A stretch of 64,000 nt of DNA, taken from assembly GCA_016935525.1 (NCBI GenBank), contig JAFGQU010000023.1:897-64896 (forward strand), read 5' to 3'. Both the position numbers and the translations under genes were made by a program. Source of the DNA: Candidatus Omnitrophota bacterium. Lineage in GTDB: Bacteria; Omnitrophota; Gorgyraeia; Duberdicusellales; 4484-171. Under the pieces are notes generated by a model. It searched no databases. It was not told where the DNA came from and was given only the letters and a program-made list of their open reading frames with translations. Of the stretch, positions 18,707 to 27,904 are shown one piece after another (position 1 is the stretch's first letter; every line of letters begins with the position of its first letter).

Positions 18707-19209
18707 CCCTGTGTAAGTTTCTTTAATTTTGGCCTTAACTTCCAGCGTTGCCATAGCGGTACGCGTTCGACAAACACGACCCCGCTCACATGGTCTATTT
18801 CATGCTGAAATATCACCGCCAGTGTCCCTTCGGCTTCGATATCGAGCGGGTTACCGTATTCATCAAGCGCATGGACCCACACTCGGCTTGCCCGGCGGAT
18901 CGTCAGGTTTATTCCGGGAAAACTTAAACACCCTTCCTCAAAATCGATCTTCCCCTGATATTTGACGATTCTCGCGTTAACCAGTTTGAACAATTTATCG
19001 CCGGCCTCGATCACGACCAGAGAATCACGCAGGCCCGCCTGGTTAGCGGCAAGCCCTACGCCGTCGGTCTTTTTCATCAATGTATACATATCGTCAAGCA
19101 TTCGGCGGGTATGTTCATCGACCGCCTTGACCTTCCGGCACCGTTTTTTTAAACCCTTATCAGGCCAGATACGAATTTTTAATTCGGTTACTTTCGTTAA
19201 GTTCGACAT
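18703..19209 (-). CDS. def: Peptide deformylase
   Basis: GVGLAANQ, EEGCLS, QHEIDH. Confidence 0.96.
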   Translation of the reverse strand: MSNLTKVTELKIRIWPDKGLKKRCRKVKAVDEHTRRMLDDMYTLMKKTDGVGLAANQAGLRDSLVVIEAGDKLFKLVNARIVKYQGKIDFEEGCLSFPGINLTIRRASRVWVHALDEYGNPLDIEAEGTLAVIFQHEIDHVSGVVFVERVPLWQRWKLRPKLKKLTQG

Positions 19210-19522
19210 ATTTCACCTTTAACGTCTCTATCTCCTCATCGCTGTAGGCTCCGTAAGAAAGTATGATCAATTTATCTCCTTCACAGCCTAACCGCGCCGC
19301 CGGGCCGTTCAGACAAACGACTCCGCTGTCGGGTTCGCCTTTGATCACGTAGGTCTCAAACCTCTGGCCGTTATTCAGATTCAATACCTCTACTTTTTCG
19401 CCCGCGTAAAGGCCGGCCGACTGGATGATCTTCTCATCCAGAGTAATGCTCCCCTGGTAATACAACTGAGCTTCAGTGACTATCGCGTAGGATATCTTTG
19501 ATTTAAGCATTGTCCTCATCAT
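19160..19522 (-). CDS. panD: Aspartate 1-decarboxylase proenzyme
   Basis: MLKSKI, YQGSITLD (G-S cleavage site), GQRFETYVI, LNGPAARL. Confidence 0.93.
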   Translation of the reverse strand: MMRTMLKSKISYAIVTEAQLYYQGSITLDEKIIQSAGLYAGEKVEVLNLNNGQRFETYVIKGEPDSGVVCLNGPAARLGCEGDKLIILSYGAYSDEEIETLKVKYVELNESNRIKNSYLA

Positions 19523-19533
19523 AGCGTGCTCCT

Positions 19534-20628
19534 CTATGCCCTCTTTTTACTCTTTATCAGGTTATATGTCAAGAGACCGATCATTTGTTCCTCGTTGGTA
19601 GGTACTACTAAAAACTTGGTCGTCTTTTTTACGACACCGGCCAACTGTTTTTTTATCCGGGCAATAAAATCCGGGTTATGTTCTCCGATGCCGGCGGTAA
19701 AACAGACCGCGTCGGCCCCGCCCAGGATAAACCAGTACGCGCCGATATATTTTACAATCCGGTAAAGAAACATATCGAGCGCCAACCGGGCACGACGTGA
19801 CCCTTTTTTGACCCCTTTTTTGATCTCGCGCATATCATTACTTATCCCGGAGATACCCAACAGGCCGCTTTTCTTGTTTAAGATCTGGTCGATCTCACGT
19901 GGGGCCAAACCGTTTTTCTCCATCAAATACAGGACCGCGGCGGCGTCGATATCGCCCGAACGTGTCCCCATGATCAATCCTTCCAGCGGAGTAAACCCCA
20001 TCGACGTATCGATCGATCTGCCCTGTTGTATCGCGGTAATACTGCAGCCGTTGCCGAGATGACAGGTGATCAGGTTCAACTTACCGAGCGGTTTCCCAAG
20101 TATCCTCGAGGCTTGTTGCGCGACGAACTGATGCGACGTCCCGTGAAACCCGTATTTCCGGATACCGTCACGGCGGTAATATTCGAAAGGGACCGCGTAC
20201 ATATACGCGTACTCGGGAATACTGTGATGAAACGCGGTATCGAATACCGCGACTTGAGCGACCCGGGGTAACGCCTGGGTACAAGCTTTTATACCTTCCA
20301 GGTTCGCCGGGTTATGAAGCGGAGCGAATTTACTGCATTCTTTGATCTTGTTGATGACTGCCGGAGTTATCCGGTGAGGCTGCCAGAAAGTTTCCGCGCC
20401 GTGGACTACCCGGTGGCCGATCGCTTCGATCTCACCTATTGATGTGATCGCGCGCGCTTTAAACAGGTTGTCAAAGACAACCTTCATCGCTTGGGCGTGA
20501 TCGGTAAGGTTGGAATGGCCTTCACCGATATGTTCGATGAGGCCGGCCGAGAGCGATTCTCCTTTAGGGAACGAATAAAACTTATATTTAATCGAGGAAC
20601 TGCCGCAATTAATCGTGAGGATTTTCAT
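19534..20628 (-). CDS. ackA: Acetate kinase
   Basis: INCGSSSIKY, GHRVVHG, APLHNP, FDTAFH, YGFHGTSH, HLGNG, PTNEE. Confidence 0.97.
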   Translation of the reverse strand: MKILTINCGSSSIKYKFYSFPKGESLSAGLIEHIGEGHSNLTDHAQAMKVVFDNLFKARAITSIGEIEAIGHRVVHGAETFWQPHRITPAVINKIKECSKFAPLHNPANLEGIKACTQALPRVAQVAVFDTAFHHSIPEYAYMYAVPFEYYRRDGIRKYGFHGTSHQFVAQQASRILGKPLGKLNLITCHLGNGCSITAIQQGRSIDTSMGFTPLEGLIMGTRSGDIDAAAVLYLMEKNGLAPREIDQILNKKSGLLGISGISNDMREIKKGVKKGSRRARLALDMFLYRIVKYIGAYWFILGGADAVCFTAGIGEHNPDFIARIKKQLAGVVKKTTKFLVVPTNEEQMIGLLTYNLIKSKKRA

Positions 20629-21566
20629 TTTTCTTGGGCTCTAATCACAGTAATCGCGGTACAATCGATAATATCCTGGGCCGAACACCCCCGGGAAAGA
20701 TCGCTGCAGGGCTGGATAGTCCCCAGGATAATCGGACCGATCGCTTTAGCGCGCGCTAACCGTTCGGTAAGTTTATAGCAGATATTCCCGGCATCGAGAT
20801 TAGGGAAGATCAAGACGTTGGCTTTACCGGCGACCTCGCTGCCTTTGATTTTGATCTCGGCGACTTCCGGGACGAGAGCCGCGTCACCCTGGTATTCCCC
20901 TTCGATAAGGAACTCGTTTGTCTTCGATTTAGCAAGAGTGACCGCTTCCCTTACCTTCTCGATCCAACGGCCTTCGGCGCTGCCGGCTGTAGAGAAACTT
21001 AACAGCGCCACTCGCGGTTCAAATTTTAAAACATGTTTTGTAAATTGCGCGGTAGAAATAGCTATTTTGGCAAGTTGTTCGCTGGTCGGATAAGGGATCA
21101 CTCCGCAATCGGCGTACACCAGGATCCCGTTTTCGCCGTATTGGCAATTGGGGACTTCCATCACGAAACAGCTGGAGATCAATCCGAAACTTTTATCCAG
21201 CTCCAGGCACTGCAGGGCCGCGCGGATGACCGAAGACGTAGTGAACGTCGCGCCGGCGACAAATCCGTCGGCATAGCCCAGGCGTACCAGCGTCGCTCCG
21301 TAATAGAGCGGATTTTCCATCAATTCGCGGGCTTCTTCAAAAGTGACTCCTTTGATCTGTTTCTTTTCATAGAAAAAGTTCGCGAATTCTTCCTGTTTTT
21401 CCGGCTCGATATTGTCCTGGGTAAGCAGCAGGGGTTGCGCGATCTTTTCTTTCCTTATATATTCGACCGCCTCCAGGACTCTTTCATCGGAGGGTTCCGG
21501 GAATACGATCCTTTTGGGATTTTCTTTTGCCTGGTTTCTTAACATCTCACTGATCTGGTACATCAT
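20625..21566 (-). CDS. pta: Phosphate acetyltransferase
   Basis: RIVFPE, ALLSFST, ANVLIFPNLDAGNICYKL, DLSRG; adjacent to ackA. Confidence 0.95.
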   Translation of the reverse strand: MMYQISEMLRNQAKENPKRIVFPEPSDERVLEAVEYIRKEKIAQPLLLTQDNIEPEKQEEFANFFYEKKQIKGVTFEEARELMENPLYYGATLVRLGYADGFVAGATFTTSSVIRAALQCLELDKSFGLISSCFVMEVPNCQYGENGILVYADCGVIPYPTSEQLAKIAISTAQFTKHVLKFEPRVALLSFSTAGSAEGRWIEKVREAVTLAKSKTNEFLIEGEYQGDAALVPEVAEIKIKGSEVAGKANVLIFPNLDAGNICYKLTERLARAKAIGPIILGTIQPCSDLSRGCSAQDIIDCTAITVIRAQEK

Positions 21567-21664
21567 TCCTCCTGATAAATCGGACGTGATTATTTACTGT
21601 CTTTAAGAATAATAAGAAAAATGTTACCACAAACAATTTTACTATTCAAGGACTATCTATTCAA

Positions 21665-21732
21665 TCGACAGTCCATGGTCCATAGACCATAGTCCGTGGT
21701 CCGTCGACTATTGACTGTTGACTATTAACCAT
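21665..21732. repeat. GTCCATA/GACTATT heptamer module
   Basis: AGTCCAT GGTCCAT AGACCAT AGTCCGT GGTCCGT CGACTAT TGACTGT TGACTAT; reverse relative at 61000-61045. Confidence 0.7.
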
Positions 21733-21769
21733 TTAGAATGGACATTCATATAATTGATATATTGAACAT

Positions 21770-23164
21770 ATGCCTCAGTCTCAGTCGCAACCCAACCGTC
21801 TTACCGAAGGCCCGATCATCAGGTCTCTACTGATCCTGGCGTTCCCCCTTATTTTAAGCAACCTCCTGCAGACCGCGTACCAGCTTACCGATACGTTCTG
21901 GCTGGGCCGGCTGGGCGCCGACGCGGTCGCCGCGGTATCGGTAAGTTTTCCGGTGATCTTTCTTCTGGCTTCTCTCGGTATCGGGTTTACCCTGGCCGGG
22001 ACGATCATCGTCTCTCACCTGAAAGGGTCAAACAGTCAGGACGAGATCGACCATGCTTCGTCTCAGATCCTTTTCATCGTATGTATCGTCGCTCTGGTTA
22101 TCTCGATAATCGGGTACTTCATCACTCCGGTTTTGATCAACCTGTTACGCACGCCGTCCGATGTTTACAGGGGAGCGGTCGCGTATCTTAAGATCTCATT
22201 CATCGGGTTTATTTTCCTGTTCATCTATTTTACGTTTCAGGCGCTCCTGCGCGGTATCGGTAACGTAAAAACTCCGCTGATCATCATCCTGGGGACCGTC
22301 CTTTTGAACCTGGTCCTTGACCCTATATTCATCTTCGGATACGGACCGATCCCCGCCTTCGGCGTGGAAGGAGCGGCCGTGACCACGCTTATCACTCAAG
22401 GCCTTGCCGGAGCGATTGGCATTTTCATCCTTAAAAGCGGACGATACGGCATTTCGCTTAAAATGAGGTCCTGTAAGATCGACATCCCTTTCCTCCGCAC
22501 GGTACTTGCCTTAGCGGTACCGGCATCGATCGAGAATTCGACGATCGCGGTCAGTTTGACCGCGATGATCTTTTTGATCACGGGGTTCGGGACTATCCCG
22601 CTTGCCGCCTACGGCATCGGCGCCCGGATATTGAATTTCGTATTTTTTCCTGCGCTCGCGCTTTCGATGGCGACCTCTATCCTGGTCGGACAGAATATCG
22701 GCGCCGGGAAAAAGGACCGGGCGAAACGAATAGCCAGGATCTGCGCGGTATTTACTTTTGCCGCGTTGACCCTGTTCGGTATGATCTTTTTTATTTTTGC
22801 CCGGGGTATCTCGACACTGTTTATCCCGCACAACCGCGAAGTCATCACGGCAAGCACCGTGTTCATCCGGATCCTTTCCCTCTCATTCGGATTCATGGGT
22901 ATCCATATGGTATTACGCGGCGCGTTCCGCGGTGCCGGCAACACTAAGCTGGCGATGATATTCACTATTATATATCTCTGGGGGTTACGGTTCCCGCTGG
23001 CTTTTATCCTTTCCCGGTACACGGAGCTTAAGATCTCCGGTATATGGTGGGCATTCCCGGCGACCAACATCATTACCGCGTTATGTACTATTGCCGTTTT
23101 CGCGTGGGGAAAATGGCAAAAAGAAAGAATAATAACGTTTATCGAGCGTTATCCCGATGCCTGA
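21770..23164 (+). CDS. MATE family efflux transporter
   Basis: LAFPLILSNLLQTAYQLTDTFWLGRLG; about 12 TM; LRGIGNVKTP; GQNIGAG. Confidence 0.93.
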   Translation: MPQSQSQPNRLTEGPIIRSLLILAFPLILSNLLQTAYQLTDTFWLGRLGADAVAAVSVSFPVIFLLASLGIGFTLAGTIIVSHLKGSNSQDEIDHASSQILFIVCIVALVISIIGYFITPVLINLLRTPSDVYRGAVAYLKISFIGFIFLFIYFTFQALLRGIGNVKTPLIIILGTVLLNLVLDPIFIFGYGPIPAFGVEGAAVTTLITQGLAGAIGIFILKSGRYGISLKMRSCKIDIPFLRTVLALAVPASIENSTIAVSLTAMIFLITGFGTIPLAAYGIGARILNFVFFPALALSMATSILVGQNIGAGKKDRAKRIARICAVFTFAALTLFGMIFFIFARGISTLFIPHNREVITASTVFIRILSLSFGFMGIHMVLRGAFRGAGNTKLAMIFTIIYLWGLRFPLAFILSRYTELKISGIWWAFPATNIITALCTIAVFAWGKWQKERIITFIERYPDA

Positions 23165-23990
23165 AAAAAAGAAACCTTCCGGTTATTCCCTCACCCGCTT
23201 CAAAAAGATCATTCATGGTTTCTATTTGAAAGAAGGCCGCTCGTTTCCCTGGCGCGATACGCGCGACCCTTACCGTATCCTCGTCTCGGAGATGATGCTT
23301 CAGCAGACCCAGGTCGAACGGGTCCTTGAAAAATATTCTCCGTTCTTAAAAGAGTTTCCGGACATCCGCACCCTGGCAAGGGGTTCACTTAACAAAGTCT
23401 TATTGTTATGGCAGGGATTAGGGTATAACCGCCGGGCCCTGGCGCTTTACCGTAGCGCGCAAAAAGCGGTGAAAGAATATCACGGCACCTTGCCCGCTGA
23501 CATAACGTTGCTCCGGGAGTTTCCCGGTATCGGACAATCAACGGCCGGCGCGCTCTGCGCGTTCGCTTTTGACCTTCCGGTGATATTCATCGAGACCAAT
23601 ATCCGGAGGGTATTCATCCATTTTTTCTTCTCGCAGGCGCGCTCGGTCCGGGATGAAGAGCTTATCCCTTTGATCGAGGCGACCCTTGATAAAAAAAATC
23701 CGCGTGATTGGTATTACGCGTTGATGGATTACGGGACAATGCTGAAAAAAACCCGCGATAACCCTAACCTGCGCAGCGCTCATTATCGTGTTCAATCGCG
23801 GTTTGCCGGGTCGAACCGCGAGATTCGCGGAGCGATCCTGAGGCTGATCACCGCGAGCGGCCCCAGATCAAAGCAAGAGATCTTGAAAGATACCGGGTTC
23901 GATCATGAACGTATCGAAAAAAGTATCACCTCCCTCATCAAAGAAGGGTTCCTCGTCAAAAAAAACAACTGGGTTTATATCGGCAAGTAA
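23157..23990 (+). CDS. mutY: MutY-like HhH-GPD adenine glycosylase lacking the 4Fe-4S motif
   Basis: FPWR...PYRILVSEMMLQQT, WQGLGYNRRA, PGIG, ETNIRRV; no Cx6Cx2Cx5C. Confidence 0.8.
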   Translation: MPEKKKPSGYSLTRFKKIIHGFYLKEGRSFPWRDTRDPYRILVSEMMLQQTQVERVLEKYSPFLKEFPDIRTLARGSLNKVLLLWQGLGYNRRALALYRSAQKAVKEYHGTLPADITLLREFPGIGQSTAGALCAFAFDLPVIFIETNIRRVFIHFFFSQARSVRDEELIPLIEATLDKKNPRDWYYALMDYGTMLKKTRDNPNLRSAHYRVQSRFAGSNREIRGAILRLITASGPRSKQEILKDTGFDHERIEKSITSLIKEGFLVKKNNWVYIGK

Positions 23991-23994
23991 ATGA

Positions 23995-24780
23995 TTATTC
24001 GGGAGAGGTATCCTGCGCTCCGGAAAGCGCATCCGGCGGTAACGACCGTTTCACCGCGATAAACAGTTTCTGCAGGTTCTCATCGGAACTTTTTGTCTGT
24101 AACGCTTTCTCGAAAGATTCCAGCGCCTTCAGTTTTTCTTTTTTTCCTAAATAGGATATCCCCAGGTTCTCGAATAACGCGGCATCGTGCAGGCCGAGTT
24201 CGAGCGACGTAGTATAATTTTCGATCGCCGCGTCATATTGTTTCGTCATCAAATAAGTATTGGCCAGTTCATAATATATCTCCGGCCATTCGGGATATAT
24301 CCCGCTCGCTTTTTTAAGGAACTTAAGCGATTGTTCGAAATCGCCTTTATACCGGTACAAAAGGCCCAGGTTATATAACGCAAACACATTATCGGGGCGT
24401 ATTTTTAAAGACTGATAAAGATATTTCTCGGCATCGTCGAATTCACCTAACCCCATATATTCTCTTCCCAGATTCACATAGACGATAAAATCTCCGGCCC
24501 CTTTTTCGATCAGGCGGGTCCGCGCTTTTATCGTCTCTTCCCAGAACCCGTAATAGTCGGCAATAAACGCCCATTGATTGATAAGGTCTATATTATCGGG
24601 CGACTCTTCCAGGCGGTTTTTTATCTCGGCCAATCCTTTATAGATCGATATTTTAGAAGCCAGCGGCGCGACCTGAAAATCCATCGGCGATTTCGCGCAT
24701 ACCTCACGGCTCCCCCACAAAGACACGATAACCGCCGCGATTAAAGTCAAGATAACGATCTTATTGTTCATGATGTTCAT
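23995..24780 (-). CDS. TPR-repeat protein with signal peptide (start uncertain)
   Basis: Repeated NLG..Y...G....A...Y motifs. Confidence 0.85.
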   Translation of the reverse strand: MNIMNNKIVILTLIAAVIVSLWGSREVCAKSPMDFQVAPLASKISIYKGLAEIKNRLEESPDNIDLINQWAFIADYYGFWEETIKARTRLIEKGAGDFIVYVNLGREYMGLGEFDDAEKYLYQSLKIRPDNVFALYNLGLLYRYKGDFEQSLKFLKKASGIYPEWPEIYYELANTYLMTKQYDAAIENYTTSLELGLHDAALFENLGISYLGKKEKLKALESFEKALQTKSSDENLQKLFIAVKRSLPPDALSGAQDTSPE

Positions 24781-25327
24781 GGTGATGTTTAAGAGGGGCC
24801 TGTCCATTATTGAATACCGGGCTATAGAATATCAGGCTATTGGCGATAAAAAAAAGCATGAATAACGCGATTACTACTTTTCCGGAAATCGCGATGAGAC
24901 GGCCGACGACGCCGCCGGCGCCCGATTTAAGCGACCGGCGCCAGTCACGATGGACGATGAGTTCGGTCAAGAACGCCCCGCAAAATATACCTAAAAACGT
25001 CCCTAAGAATATCCCGATCCCCAATAAAAATACTCCTAAAAATCCGCCAATGAAGCCGCCGATAAGCGCGCCGACGATTGCCCGGGAAGACGCGCCGAAT
25101 TTTTTCGCGCCGATAATCACGCCGGCGTATTCGATTATTTCTCCGATCACATAGCAGACCAGGAGGATGGCCAATGTCTGTATCCCGATCACGGAAAATC
25201 GGGTGGCCAACGCGTAAAGGATACTTCCCAGAAAAATGATCAGCGTACCGAAGTTGGTAAAAAAGATACAGATAAATCCGGCAACACTCGACAACACCAA
25301 TAGGGTCAAAGCGATAATCTCGATCAT
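24761..25327 (-). CDS. DUF456 family membrane protein
   Basis: GAKKFGASSRAIVGALIGG; AGAGGG RBS before ATG 25327. Confidence 0.8.
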   Translation of the reverse strand: MIEIIALTLLVLSSVAGFICIFFTNFGTLIIFLGSILYALATRFSVIGIQTLAILLVCYVIGEIIEYAGVIIGAKKFGASSRAIVGALIGGFIGGFLGVFLLGIGIFLGTFLGIFCGAFLTELIVHRDWRRSLKSGAGGVVGRLIAISGKVVIALFMLFFIANSLIFYSPVFNNGQAPLKHHHEHHEQ

Positions 25328-25350
25328 TGTCCCTCTACGGTAATATTCAA

Positions 25351-25640
25351 AGTCACACGACACCCCGTGAGCTTACGCAACGGGGCACGCACGACACACG
25401 TAATTGAAATGTCGTCTTACGGATGTCGGTTACGCAGCCCGTATCGGGATTCGTCTTTCGGTTACGATTTTCAAAAAAGCCGTTGCCGTTAACCGATTGG
25501 CGATACGGGCTTCGTCACCGTTTACCGAATGACGAAAGAGTTTATGTGACCTTGCCCCCTGAAATTTATCACTGATAAATTTCGGGGATTCAGTCCCAGG
25601 AATTCTCCGAATTCCACGGGATTTCGCGTTTCGCGTTACG
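25351..25640. repeat. Mosaic intergenic repeat (GTCAC module with nested hairpin, GCTTCGTCACC element, GGAATTCTCCGAATTCC hairpin)
   Basis: Shares segments with 6054-6083, 39117-39142 and 39215-39265. Confidence 0.7.
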
Positions 25641-25646
25641 TTCTCT

Positions 25647-26156
25647 TTATAGCCATCCGCATAACGCGAACGCGCAGATGGTTTTCGCATCGATTATTTT
25701 CCCCGTTTTGAACAGGCGGCGGATGAGAGATCTCGTGACCACTTTCGTTACGAGCACCTCATCGTCATCCAGATCTTTTTGACGTTTTATCAGATGTTCG
25801 GCTTTATAAATAGAGATCTTTTCGGTCGAATAGCCCGGGACCGGATAGATCATTCCTAACCGCGTAAACTTTTTCGCGGCGTAACCGGTCTCCTCGATCA
25901 CCTCTCTACGGGCACAGGACAACGCGGATTCTCCTTTATCGATCGTGCCGGCAGGCAATTCATACAGATATTTTGAAATGACCGGACGTAACTGCCGCAA
26001 AATGATCACCGAATCCTTCGCAAGGAAAGGGACAATCAATGCCGCCCCCGGATGACGGACGATTTCCAGCTGCACTTTTCTGCCATGCGGCAGGCGCGCC
26101 CGCCGGGTGACCAGATGGAACAGGCGGCCGTTATAAATACTTTTTTCCTTTGCCAT
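25647..26156 (-). CDS. NUDIX hydrolase (ADP-ribose pyrophosphatase-like)
   Basis: ELPAGTIDKGESALSCARREVIEETG; IIDAKT. Confidence 0.9.
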   Translation of the reverse strand: MAKEKSIYNGRLFHLVTRRARLPHGRKVQLEIVRHPGAALIVPFLAKDSVIILRQLRPVISKYLYELPAGTIDKGESALSCARREVIEETGYAAKKFTRLGMIYPVPGYSTEKISIYKAEHLIKRQKDLDDDEVLVTKVVTRSLIRRLFKTGKIIDAKTICAFALCGWL

Positions 26157-26164
26157 TTGTTTTG

Positions 26165-26250
26165 CGGTCTCCAGTATATAGTCTCTGGTCTCTCGTCATT
26201 ACTCATTCGATTACAGGACTAAATACCATAGACCAGCGACTAGAGACTAT
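26165..26250. repeat. TAGAGAC heptamer module (inverted pair)
   Basis: AGTCTCTGGTCTC ... AGACCAGCGACTAGAGACTA. Confidence 0.6.
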
Positions 26251-26290
26251 ATTTATATCGAAAAATAAATTTATTTACAGGAGGGGCAGG

Positions 26291-26698
26291 TTACGTCTTC
26301 AAATGTTCAAAAAGCATCTGGGCCACAAATTCTGCCAGATGGGTATTTTGCGATTTGATGATTATTTTAGTCTTTTTGGGGTCGATCTTCTCGAAAAAGA
26401 ACCCCACTTTACTGCTATCGCCGCAACGGGGAAAGATGTCTGAAAAACGGATGGCGACGATATATTGCCGGCGCTGGTTTTTAAGATAGGCGTTGGCGCC
26501 GATCTCCTGAAGGATCTCAAGAGTCCGCTCATAACAAAGCGCATAATCTTTATCAATAACTGCGGATGCGCTTTCTTTCTGGATCTCTAAAGGGTATACC
26601 GAGGTACCGATCATCTGTTTGACGGTACGTACCGGCGAACATCCCGAAAAGAGCACCGTACTTATAAGGAAAATGAACACATATGTCTTTATATTCAT
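26291..26698 (-). CDS. Hypothetical lipoprotein (possibly DUF3568-like)
   Basis: Lipobox LFSGC after a hydrophobic signal. Confidence 0.7.
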   Translation of the reverse strand: MNIKTYVFIFLISTVLFSGCSPVRTVKQMIGTSVYPLEIQKESASAVIDKDYALCYERTLEILQEIGANAYLKNQRRQYIVAIRFSDIFPRCGDSSKVGFFFEKIDPKKTKIIIKSQNTHLAEFVAQMLFEHLKT

Positions 26699-26817
26699 GA
26701 TTCTTTATCCTACCAAAAACACTTAATATGTCAATATGACCTTAATTCGATAGTTGAACTACAGTAGGAATATGTACGCTCTCGCTCACGAAACGAAGTG
26801 AAGCATATGTCGTCCCG

Positions 26818-27330
26818 TCAGGGGCACATTTCAATAGATTTCAATATTTTATCGACTACCTGGTTGACAGTCATATTTTTGCCGACCCGTACCTTAAGGT
26901 GGGCATATTTTTTATACAACGGTAACCGTTCGGCATATAATCGCGCGAGGTTTTTTTTCTCCAAACCGACTATCCCCCGGGAAGATCTGTTTTTAATATG
27001 CGCGCGGATAGTCGCAAGCGGCGCCGCCAGAAAGATTATCTTCGTATTTTTTCTCAAATAGCGCATCGCCTCAGGCGAATAGACGACACTCCCGCCGGGG
27101 GAAATCACATAGCCGGACGCCTTTTTAAGGGCCAGCCCGATGACGGTATCTTTTTCGAGGGTTAAAAACCTATCTTCGCCGATAGTATCGATAAGCTTCT
27201 GTAATTTCCGGCCGGTCTTCTTTTCTATCAATCGGTCGGTATCGATACACAAAGTGCGCATCTTTCTGGCAAGAGCCCTGCCCAACACGCTTTTTCCCAC
27301 ACCGACCATACCGATCAACGTCACATTCAT
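26818..27330 (-). CDS. aroK: Shikimate kinase
   Basis: GMVGVGKS, DTD, GEDRF..LE, SPGGSVV, ERLPLY. Confidence 0.92.
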   Translation of the reverse strand: MNVTLIGMVGVGKSVLGRALARKMRTLCIDTDRLIEKKTGRKLQKLIDTIGEDRFLTLEKDTVIGLALKKASGYVISPGGSVVYSPEAMRYLRKNTKIIFLAAPLATIRAHIKNRSSRGIVGLEKKNLARLYAERLPLYKKYAHLKVRVGKNMTVNQVVDKILKSIEMCP

Positions 27331-27353
27331 ATTTTGATTGTATCACTGAAAAA

Positions 27354-27545
27354 TGAAATCCGAAATCCTAAATCCGAAATTCGAAACTCCCGCCTCCAGC
27401 GGGATCCCGCTAAATAACAATACTAAGGGGCGGGAAAATCCGAATAACTAAAATCCTAATGACCAAAACCCTAAACCGAACCCGTTTATAACATTAGGAT
27501 TTTCTTCATTTGGAATATTGTTTCGGATTTAGTGCTTCGGATTTC
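27354..27545. repeat. AAATCCG heptamer inverted-repeat module with nested CCCGC hairpins
   Basis: AAATCCG AAATCCT AAATCCG AAATTCG ... TTTCGGATTTAGTGCTTCGGATTT; related half at 54615-54702. Confidence 0.8.
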
Positions 27546-27559
27546 CTCCGAAGGCGGGG

Positions 27560-27814
27560 TTATTCGATATACACTCTATCGCCGGGCCGGACGTCTTCAT
27601 CGAGGATATCTCTCACGATAATGGTGACCTTGAGGTTCCCTTCGATCTGACGCAATGAACCGCCCTTTGTCTCGATCTTTAAAAGTTTGAACCGTTTGCC
27701 GCCCCAGGTACTGCCGATATCGCCTTCGGCGATCTTCCCGCGCATAAGTTCACCCGGTAACGCCAGGAGTTCTCCTACCTTATTGACTTCATGGACTTGG
27801 AATTCCGCGCTCAA
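27560..27814 (-). CDS. Stand-alone translation-factor domain II-like beta-barrel protein (84 aa)
   Basis: AAAGGAG RBS and TTG start; F.V..V...G....GELMRGKIAEGD...F.L..IE...DVRPGD pattern resembles EF-Tu/SelB domain II. Confidence 0.6.
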   Translation of the reverse strand: MSAEFQVHEVNKVGELLALPGELMRGKIAEGDIGSTWGGKRFKLLKIETKGGSLRQIEGNLKVTIIVRDILDEDVRPGDRVYIE

Positions 27815-27904
27815 ATTATTTCTCCTTTATGTTGACGGCCTTACGTTTCATGAAACAAAGCATTTTATCACAAATCCCCGGAAAAGACACCTTATCAAGG
27901 GAAC

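Noticed and set aside
19160-19522. PanD with KSKISYA instead of KSKIHRA
   Set aside because: The cleavage site G-S and the Arg/Thr/Tyr motif are intact, so there is no evidence of altered function.
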